64,000 nucleotides of DNA from the NCBI GenBank assembly GCA_937625935.1, contig OW569384.1, positions 310,001 through 374,000 on the forward strand, given 5' to 3'. Below are positions 10,436-18,967 of the stretch, piece by piece. A model generated the notes under the pieces. That model searched no databases. It was not told the DNA's origin and saw only the letters and a program-made list of their open reading frames with translations. Position 1 is the first letter of the stretch; each line of letters starts with the position of its first letter. The stretch comes from Tetramitus jugosus. Taxonomy: Eukaryota; Protista; Heterolobosea. A program made the translations under genes and the position numbers.

Positions 10436-13420
10436 TTATTCAAAGTCTGGTGTGGTGGTTGAGAGCAAAGGAGCTGGGTTAGATGAGTTAAAGACGTTGA
10501 TCATCTTTCTAGCACGATCAGCAACATGAGTATCGCTGATACCAAACTTCTTGTACACTTCCTTGTATGGACCAGAAGCACCGAATGTTGTCATTCCGAT
10601 TTGAGAGTGAGAGTACTTGGTCCATCCTTGGACGGAAGAAGCTTCAACGCTCAAAACTGGGACACCAGGAATCAACACAGATCTTCTATATTCCAAGCTT
10701 TGTTGGTCGAACAACTCCCAAGCAGGCATACTGACAACGTTGACCTTGATGTCAGTCAACTTCTTAGCACCATCGATAGCAATAGCGACCTCAGATCCAG
10801 TGGCAATAAAGATAATGTCTGGCTTCTCGAATTCACCATTCTGGAACACAACATAAGCACCCTTCAATGCATCTTGGATAGTAGCACGTTGGAGAAGTGG
10901 CACACCTTGACGAGTCAAGCAAATAGCAGTTGGGGTCTTTGTGGACTCAATAGCAAACTTGTATGCAGCGTTGGTCTCAGTTCCGTCAGCTGGTCTGAAG
11001 ACGACCAAGTTTGGAATAGCTCTCATCAATGGAAGCATTTCGACAGGTTGATGTGTTGGACCATCTTCACCCAAACCAATAGAATCGTGAGTAAAAACAT
11101 AGATCAATGGCAAGTGAGAAAGAGCGCCAAGACGCATTGCACCGAGACCATATCCACCAAAGATCAAGAAGGTTGAAACGTATGGAATCAAACCACCATA
11201 GTATGCCATACCGTTACCGATGGAAATCATGGAATGTTCACGAACACCAAATCTGATGTATCTTCCATCTCTAGACTCTGGTTGGAAGTCCTTGGAGATG
11301 TCCAAGAAGGTCAATGTGGATGGAGTCAAATCTGCAGAACCACCAACCAAATTGCCAATCACTGGAGCAATGGCGTTCAAAACAATTGAAGAGCACTGTC
11401 TGGTAGCCAAATCTGGCTTTTGCTTGGTAAAGTCAGGCAAGCACTTGTCCCAGTTTTCTGGCAACTTTCTGTTGATAAAGTTGCTCAATTGTTGTCCCTT
11501 TTCTGGATTTTCGCTGATCAATGCTTCGAGCGTCTTGTTCCATTGAGCCATCAATTGATTTCCTCTCTCACCAATGCGTTCAAACTCTTGCTTGACTGCT
11601 GGTGGGACAACAAAACTCTCATCAGGATTGAATCCAGAGACTTGCTTCATTGCCTTAACACCTTCAGCACCCAATGGGGATCCATGAACACCGCTGCTGC
11701 CTTGCTTCTTACTGGCATAACCAATGGTGGTTCTAACACAGATCATAGAAGGCTTGTCAGTGACCTTTCTGGCATTGATAATAGCTTGTTTCAATGAGAC
11801 CAAATCAGAGTCACCATCCTGAACTCTTTGTACGTCCCATCCAAAACCCTTAAGAACAGTTGGGATATCTTCAGTGAATGCCAAACTGGTACAACCATCA
11901 ATGGTAATATGATTGTCGTCATAAATAACAATCAAGTTTCCAAGCTTGTGATGACCAGCAACGGACAATGCTTCAAGAGCAACACCCTCCATCAAATCAC
12001 CATCACCACAGAATGCATAAATAAAGTTATCAACAACCTTGTTGTTTTCAGTGTTAAAGCGAGCGGCAAGGTGTTGAGAAGCCATAGCCATACCGACACA
12101 GTTGGTAATACCTTGACCGAGAGGTCCAGTGGTGGCATCAATTCCATCAGTCCATCCATATTCTGGATGACCAGGTGTGTTGGAGTCCAATTGACGGAAA
12201 TTCTTCAAATCGTCCATGGTGACCTTGAATCCAGCAAGATGCAACATCAAGTAATGCAAAGCGCATCCGTGACCGTTACTGAGGACAAATCTGTCTCTGT
12301 TGAACCATTTAGAGTCACTTGTACTGACATTCAAGAAGTACTTCCACAAAACGTAGCCACATGGTGACATACCGATTGGCATACCAGGGTGACCACTGTT
12401 TGCTCTCTCAACGATATCACTGGCCAAGCATCTCATGGTGGCAACAGATGTATGTTGAATAAATGGCTTGATAACTCTTGCAGCAGCCTTGACATCTCTG
12501 TCAGTGGCAGCATGAGCAAGTGCAATGAGCTTGGCATTGGACTCATCACTGACAATGTTCAACAATTGCTTGTACAGAGCATCGTTTTGAGCCAAAGCTT
12601 GGAAAGCTGCCTTGGATGCAGGCAAAAAGTATGTCTTTTCAGATGACTCAACAATGACGTCCTTGGAAGCAATGACTTGAGCCAACTTGATTGCAGCGTC
12701 CTTCTTTGCGCCAGAGACAGCACTATTGACAACAGCAACATCAACAAAGTAGTTCTTGTTTCCATTCTCAGCAGTGAGAATTTGAACATTCAAACCATCA
12801 ATGGTTTGGTTGGCAGCATATTGACTGTAACCGACCAAAACAGCGTCCTTTGTGTTGGCAAAGTACTCCTCAAATGTCTCAATCTCAACAGCATCAATCA
12901 CCTTCTTGTACTTTGCAATAAAGTCCTTTGAAACTTCAGCAGCAGAGGTTGGAAGACTAGAAACAGAGTCAACATAGTGCATGGCAACATGATAGTCATC
13001 AGCCACTCTTGGATAAACCAATCTCAAGCCCTGTTGATCCAACAAATCGTAAACAGTCTTTACTCCGCTCAAATTGGCGCCAGAAGTAGAAAACAGGAAT
13101 TGAGAGGCCAAATACTGAGGAATACCATAGGATTTTCCGCTCACCTTTCCACTCTCACTGACAAAAGAGAAGATGTCTTCTTGAGAAGCAGTTTGAGAAA
13201 GCTCAGCAACAACTCCTTGTTTCACCAAGTGAGGCAAAAAGAGGGAGTCAACGACAAACACATCAGGATAGGTGGATGATGTGTGATCGTAGCTGTCAAA
13301 GGTGACAAACTCCAAGTTGAACTCTCCAGAAACAGCAGTTTGGAAGTGCTTGATAATGGATTGTTTTTGTTGGCAGGAGTTGATTGTAGGGAAGAGACCC
13401 ACAGTGATCGTGTTACTCAT
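10436..13420 (-). CDS. Thiaminase I-like domain - transketolase fusion
   Basis: ATG 13420 (MSNTITVGLFP); N-terminal ~320 aa thiaminase-like (PDVFVVDSLFL, YGIPQYL, GYS, YFVD); C-terminal transketolase (ANSGHPG, NRDRFVLSNGH, GDGDLMEG..DDN, FGVREH, THDSIGLGEDGPTHQP). Confidence 0.92.
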   Translation of the reverse strand: MSNTITVGLFPTINSCQQKQSIIKHFQTAVSGEFNLEFVTFDSYDHTSSTYPDVFVVDSLFLPHLVKQGVVAELSQTASQEDIFSFVSESGKVSGKSYGIPQYLASQFLFSTSGANLSGVKTVYDLLDQQGLRLVYPRVADDYHVAMHYVDSVSSLPTSAAEVSKDFIAKYKKVIDAVEIETFEEYFANTKDAVLVGYSQYAANQTIDGLNVQILTAENGNKNYFVDVAVVNSAVSGAKKDAAIKLAQVIASKDVIVESSEKTYFLPASKAAFQALAQNDALYKQLLNIVSDESNAKLIALAHAATDRDVKAAARVIKPFIQHTSVATMRCLASDIVERANSGHPGMPIGMSPCGYVLWKYFLNVSTSDSKWFNRDRFVLSNGHGCALHYLMLHLAGFKVTMDDLKNFRQLDSNTPGHPEYGWTDGIDATTGPLGQGITNCVGMAMASQHLAARFNTENNKVVDNFIYAFCGDGDLMEGVALEALSVAGHHKLGNLIVIYDDNHITIDGCTSLAFTEDIPTVLKGFGWDVQRVQDGDSDLVSLKQAIINARKVTDKPSMICVRTTIGYASKKQGSSGVHGSPLGAEGVKAMKQVSGFNPDESFVVPPAVKQEFERIGERGNQLMAQWNKTLEALISENPEKGQQLSNFINRKLPENWDKCLPDFTKQKPDLATRQCSSIVLNAIAPVIGNLVGGSADLTPSTLTFLDISKDFQPESRDGRYIRFGVREHSMISIGNGMAYYGGLIPYVSTFLIFGGYGLGAMRLGALSHLPLIYVFTHDSIGLGEDGPTHQPVEMLPLMRAIPNLVVFRPADGTETNAAYKFAIESTKTPTAICLTRQGVPLLQRATIQDALKGAYVVFQNGEFEKPDIIFIATGSEVAIAIDGAKKLTDIKVNVVSMPAWELFDQQSLEYRRSVLIPGVPVLSVEASSVQGWTKYSHSQIGMTTFGASGPYKEVYKKFGISDTHVADRARKMINVFNSSNPAPLLSTTTPDFE

Positions 13421-13845
13421 GGTGATGGTGGTGGAAGTGAAGTGTGTTTTTGTTTTTTTGGGTGGTGATGTATGTAATGGGTGGCCGCCACTAATTTTTT
13501 TGTGCACTGGGTGTTTTGGAGAGATCACAACGGGTGAATCTCCGTTGATCGAGATCGGGTTTTTTGTCCACTGGTGAAAAAAACTACAGCAGCAGCAGAT
13601 AAGAGCCAATAAAGCCAATCTAAAGCTCCCATCTCATAGGTGCAAGTGATTTGATACACAATGTTTATTATGCAAAGAATGACGTGCGCATGATGTTGCT
13701 CCGCGGTTGTTGCGATATTTCTGCGAAAATTCTTGGTTGTGTCACGTCATGTGAAATAATTCTCTTGTTGGATGGACAAGGAAAGTCTACAGGAAATTGT
13801 CCAGATGCCATGGTGTTGGTTGTGTATGTATCTCAATATTTAAAT

Positions 13846-15351
13846 TTATTTGATAGTTCCGGCGACGTCATCCTTGTCAACCTGCTTAATAGTGATCTTA
13901 AAGTATTGCTCAAATTGCCTGATGATGTTCAAATCTTGAGGACCAGCACACAAGTTGATTGCAGTACCTGATCGACCGAAACGTGCCGTACGACCAATAC
14001 GATGCAAATACGAAGAGAAGTCACCTTGAGCAGTTGCACCACCGTTCATTGGTCCATTACGCGTTTGTCGCACAAAAACAACAGGCAAATCAAAGTTCAC
14101 AACGTGTGTCACCGTTGAGATATCGAGACCTCTGGCCAACACATTTGTTGAAATCAAGACCTTTGAGTTACCCACCTTGAATTCAGTAATGGTCTTCTTT
14201 CTCTCCTCGGGCAACAAACCAGAGTGGAGCATAGAAACCTTGAATCCGTCGTTTCTCAATCTGTTACACAAAATGGTGGCAGCATCCTTTCTGTTCATGA
14301 AGATGATCGTTTGACCAACTTCCAATTCTGTAAACATATCTTGCAGGACTCTTTCCTTTCCTTCATCATTTCCACAGTCGACATAGTACTGTTTCATGTT
14401 GGACAATGTCAATTCTTCCTTTGGGACGAGAATCATCTTCAGTGGTTGTGGAACAATGCTCTTTGCAAATTCGAGCACTTGAGCTTCTCTGTCTTGTTGT
14501 TCCTTGGCTTCCTCTCCAGTCAACATTTCATCCTCGGCATAGGTGGCAGAGAACAGGACGACACGAGCCGTCTTTGGTAGAGCTCTCTGGATTAGCTTAC
14601 ATTGGTCAAACATGATATTGTTACTTTCCTTTTCAAGCATTTGATCGGCTTCATCAATCACAAACATGCTCACATTTCTTGTGTCAATCAATCTCCTTTT
14701 CACCAAGTCAGAAAGTTTTCCAGGTGTTCCTACGACAACGTGTTCAGTAATTCTAGATTTGATGGTATCACCCTTCAGTGTAGCCTTCACAGTAATCTGT
14801 GTAAACTTTGTTAATTTTAGGAGAACGTTGCAGATTTGATCAGCCAACTCCAATGAAGGAGCAACGACAATGGCTTGTACTACAGGCTTTGTTTCATCAA
14901 TGTGTTGCAGAGTACCGAGACCAAAGGTGGCAGTCTTACCAGTACCACTCTGTGACTGTGCAATCAAATTCATATTCTTCTCTTCAATTAAAATAGGAAG
15001 TGCTCTTGATTGAATCTTGGATGGCATGTTATACTTGAGAGCGTACACTCCCTGGAGCAAGTTCTCCTTTAGACCAAACTCCTCAAACTTTTTCTTTTCA
15101 CTAAACAGTGGATTGTTGACGTCCAATTGTTGTGCTTCTAGGTTGACACCAGTTGCAGCAACAAATTCCTCTGCTAGAGGTGCTGATGTTGTGGTGACTG
15201 CTGTTGTTGCTGGTGATGTGGTGGTTGTTTGTAAAGGTGTGGCAGTAGTGGTAGCTACTGTAGAATCACCTTCTTCCTCCAGGTCGGCCCATGATTTTTT
15301 GGCAGTGTTGAGGCTCATGCTCTGGAGCTTATCTTCGACTGATTGAGACAT
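13846..15351 (-). CDS. DBP5: DEAD-box RNA helicase DBP5/DDX19 (mRNA export)
   Basis: AQSQSGTGKT, DEADQML, FSAT, TNVLARGLD, YLHRIGRTARFGR; NNPLFS..FEE N-terminal motif. Confidence 0.9.
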   Translation of the reverse strand: MSQSVEDKLQSMSLNTAKKSWADLEEEGDSTVATTTATPLQTTTTSPATTAVTTTSAPLAEEFVAATGVNLEAQQLDVNNPLFSEKKKFEEFGLKENLLQGVYALKYNMPSKIQSRALPILIEEKNMNLIAQSQSGTGKTATFGLGTLQHIDETKPVVQAIVVAPSLELADQICNVLLKLTKFTQITVKATLKGDTIKSRITEHVVVGTPGKLSDLVKRRLIDTRNVSMFVIDEADQMLEKESNNIMFDQCKLIQRALPKTARVVLFSATYAEDEMLTGEEAKEQQDREAQVLEFAKSIVPQPLKMILVPKEELTLSNMKQYYVDCGNDEGKERVLQDMFTELEVGQTIIFMNRKDAATILCNRLRNDGFKVSMLHSGLLPEERKKTITEFKVGNSKVLISTNVLARGLDISTVTHVVNFDLPVVFVRQTRNGPMNGGATAQGDFSSYLHRIGRTARFGRSGTAINLCAGPQDLNIIRQFEQYFKITIKQVDKDDVAGTIK

Positions 15352-15638
15352 GTTGGTGATTTTTTGTTACAAGTAGGTTGAGTGAGTTGTTGTGTGGTCT
15401 GTTTGTTTTTGCGTGGTGTGGCTTTGATCAAATCACGAAAGTTCGTGTTCTCGGTGGGCGGGAAACAATTTCAAAAAAGTTATTGAAATTGTCGGCTTAT
15501 TCGGTACGATTCTCCGATATGAATATTCAATGGTGTTGTGCATCCATCTGGAGGAGAAAAATCTTTCACAGGAGAAAGAAAAAAAAACGCAACAACGGAT
15601 TTTGCTTTTTGACCTTCAAGAGACTATATACAACAACA

Positions 15639-16122
15639 ATGGCTGACGAAATTGAGTAAGTGACAACGTTCATTCTTTGTCAACCACAGCAACAAGAGCT
15701 ACTTTACTCACTCCCAACATTTTTTCTTCACTCTTTGTAGTCATGATAACTATGGAGAAGACGAAGTCGATGATTTCGATGATGATGCACAGGATTTTGA
15801 CACTGAAGTCGTTGCTGACGAGTATGGACAGAGCGACGAGGCAGTGAAGCAACTTGTGGGTCACGATCCAAAGCGTGTTGCTGAAAAAGACAGAAAAACA
15901 ACAAAATTTATGACAAAATTCGAAAAGGCTCGTGTATTGGGAACGAGAGCTCTTCAAATTAGTATGAACGCTCCAGTGATGGTTGAGTTACAAGGTGAGA
16001 CTGATCCTTTGGAAATTGCTAGAAAGGAGTTAACCGCCAGAAAAATTCCAATGATTATTCGAAGATACTTGCCTGATAAGAGTTATGAAGATTGGCATGT
16101 GAATGAACTCATTTTTGATTAA
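15639..16122 (+). CDS. RPB6: RNA polymerase I/II/III shared subunit RPB6; intron 15656-15740
   Basis: [35 protein letters not shown]; GTAAG..TGTAG intron restores frame from ATG 15639. Confidence 0.95.
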
Positions 16123-16367
16123 GCTTTGCGCGCAAAAAGCTTTTTGATGAAAACGCGCTGTACAGTAATGCCGTCCGTCAGAAAAATTATTTTTTTTTCT
16201 GGGAGGTTTGCTTGCGCGCAATTGTTGATTTTGCTGTAGTTTGCTTCTTCTGAAAGGAAAGTGTGGAGACAAATGGTGGTGAGATTAATGAGAGCAAACC
16301 TTCTTCATCTCTCTCTATTATTTTATTATGATTATGTGTGATCTGTCTGTTGGTCACATCAAGCTTT

Positions 16368-17453
16368 TTATTTTGTAAACAGTGTGGAAGTAATTTGTGA
16401 CCACGACTGAGCAATAAATAGTGTTTTGCTCTCTGTTTGATAATGATTTGTTGATGTGCTTGTTTCTTGTTTCTCTTCCCGTTGTTGACTAGTTTCTGTC
16501 AATTGTTGTTGTATTCGCTGCTTGGCATCTTCAATATTGAGAAGTTGGATATGCAGCTTTTCACAAGCTCTTTGCAGTGAACTTGAGATGCGGCTCGTTT
16601 CTGGATTTGTCAGGATAATGCCAATATGAGCTCTTGTGAGACACAAGAGATCATGCAGTGAATCTCCAACGAAAATGACTGTAGGGCTTGTGCCGTCGTG
16701 CTGTAATTGCTCTTCCTTAACCAGTTCTGATTCCATGCATTGCCACTTTTCTTCACTGGAAACAATTTGAAGCAACTGGAAATTGCCTGTCGATATCATG
16801 TCATCATCTAATTCTAGTTCATTACAATAGACTGGTATCTCATAGGGCATCGCACTCTCTTTATCAGTTGAAACCAGATGATGATTCTTGACGTCCTGCT
16901 TGTTGCTCAATTTGAACTTGAATTGGTTGGCTCTCTCCAATTGATTCATGCAGCTTTCCACAACAGAGTAGCTCCAATTGGCACTCGTTATCGTTATGCT
17001 GGCTTCCCGTGTCAAACACAATGGAACAACCTTTTGAAAGAATACATTCAGATCAGAACGAATACGCTGTTGTTGTCCCAGTTTGTTCAATTGATCTCTT
17101 GAAATGCGGGATAGGCATTTGCGGTCAATCGTATTTCTCACACCATAGTACTCCACCTGAGACAATGGAGAGATGAAATGATAAACTTTGTCGCTTTCTC
17201 GAGCACTGTCCAATTGCTTTTGGAGTGTGTCGTCATACAGATCAAGGTACTGCTTAGAAACTTGTTCCCAGACATCTCTTTTCGAACGTAACAGTGGAAT
17301 CAGAGTACAGACATCATTGAGTGTGCATGTGCTGTCAAAGTCCAAAAAGAATGCCAGCTTTCTTGTCCGGCGTGCCATCATCCTTTGTTTATCAAAGTTT
17401 TGGTTTTTATGAAAAATCTTTCGCGAACCACAATAAATTGATTGGCGTGACAT
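16368..17453 (-). CDS. HAD-family phosphatase, TH2-like thiamin monophosphate phosphatase domain
   Basis: DFDSTCT (motif I), SANW, NEL..ISTG, FVGDSLHDLLCL..AHIGI, SSSLQR; start 17453 or 17381. Confidence 0.7.
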   Translation of the reverse strand: MSRQSIYCGSRKIFHKNQNFDKQRMMARRTRKLAFFLDFDSTCTLNDVCTLIPLLRSKRDVWEQVSKQYLDLYDDTLQKQLDSARESDKVYHFISPLSQVEYYGVRNTIDRKCLSRISRDQLNKLGQQQRIRSDLNVFFQKVVPLCLTREASITITSANWSYSVVESCMNQLERANQFKFKLSNKQDVKNHHLVSTDKESAMPYEIPVYCNELELDDDMISTGNFQLLQIVSSEEKWQCMESELVKEEQLQHDGTSPTVIFVGDSLHDLLCLTRAHIGIILTNPETSRISSSLQRACEKLHIQLLNIEDAKQRIQQQLTETSQQREEKQETSTSTNHYQTESKTLFIAQSWSQITSTLFTK

Positions 17454-17911
17454 GAGTAGCTTAACAACACTCAAAACGACTAAACAATCCGTGTTTTACT
17501 CAATATTGAGATGATTATCAACCAAATATATAATTCAGAATAATTGCTACTACTGATTCTTCTCTGAAGAAACTCTGAACATGATCAACTTGGCTTTTGG
17601 GAAAATGAAGAAAAAAACCCACATTGCAACTGGACGGAAGTGAACTTTCAAAAAATAAGACCAATGGCATTAGAAAAAATTTTAGCTTGCACTGATGAAA
17701 ACACTTTCTACTTATATAGTCTTCTTTTCCCATCTGAAGTTCCAAAACATATCTGTTGACAAACCTATTCAAGACCGAATATGTCTGAGCTTGTCTTTTG
17801 GTCATCATCCACCGAATGTCTTTGGCGCCAAAAACACCATTTCCAGTTTTACGGGATATCACAGCTGGACGCAAAAATCAAATAGCAAACAAAGGAGTCA
17901 AGAGATAAACC

Positions 17912-18541
17912 ATGGGTCTTTTAAGTTTACTTCGAGGTTTGAAGAAGAGCGAAAAGGAAGCTAGAATCCTAATTCTAGGTCTTGATAATTCAGGCAAAAC
18001 AAGTTGCTTGAAAGCTCTAGCAGATGAAGAAATCTCTCAAGTGATGCCAACTCAAGGATTCAATGTCAAGTCTGTTGTAACAAAAGGATTTAAACTCAAT
18101 GTTTGGGATATTGGAGGTCAAAAGTCGATCCGTCCTTACTGGCAAAACTATTTTGAAAATACAGATGCAATGGTATGTCATTCAACATAGAACTGTTCAT
18201 TTCTTAGCATATGTCATCATGACAATGGAAACTTATCGTTGGTCTCTTTCTTTCTATTGTGTGCTTAGATTTATGTAGTTGATAGTGCAGATAGAAAGAG
18301 ACTGGAAGAAACTGCGTTGGAATTGGGTCATTTGTTGGATGAGGATAAACTCGCAGGTGTGCCAGTCATGGTGTTTGCTAACAAGAGTGACTTGCTGAAT
18401 GCTCTATCCGCAGACGAAGTTGCTGAAGAGTTGAACTTGCACATGATTAGAGACCGAGTTTGGCAGATTCAAGCTTGCTCTGCAAAGACTGGAGAAGGAT
18501 TGAACAAGGGTATGGAATGGGTTGTGAAACAACTCCAATAA
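17912..18541 (+). CDS. ARL3: ARF-like GTPase ARL3; intron 18173-18268
   Basis: [44 protein letters not shown]; GT-AG splice joins the frames. Confidence 0.92.
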
Positions 18542-18967
18542 ACTCCACGATTGTACTGTAAACCTCCAAGAGAACCTCGTCTCTACCCAACCCTAAAGAG
18601 GCAAAACTCAACCTGGAGGTGCAATATAAGATACCTGTGAACCATTCTTAACTTCGGCTCCTTTGTTGGGGTGTGATTCTTCGTCCAATGTGATAGTCGA
18701 CACGTACGAATTTGAGGCATCTTCCTCTAGCTTGGAAGTTCACATTTTTCACCAGTTCTGTCAAGGCCTAGTTTGAGCACATGTCCCTACGGACCTCCGG
18801 TGCGCAGTCCGTCCGACGACGGGCAAATAAGATTTTTGTCCCCGGAATTTAACGCAGAATCTGGTTTCACAAAAAGCTCTCAAACTAACCGGTCTGCTGC
18901 GACAATTTAGCTTTATTGCGCATAAACTCTTGCAAAAACACACGTCGACACTCACATCTCGATCATC

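Noticed and set aside
10526-13279. Many + strand ORFs overlapping transketolase
   Set aside because: Antisense shadows of a codon-biased gene; no motifs
13421-13618. N-terminal extensions from the ORF track (also for P450, ADI, HGD, flavodoxin)
   Set aside because: Begin at non-ATG codons or run through A/C-rich UTR-like sequence; homology starts at downstream ATGs
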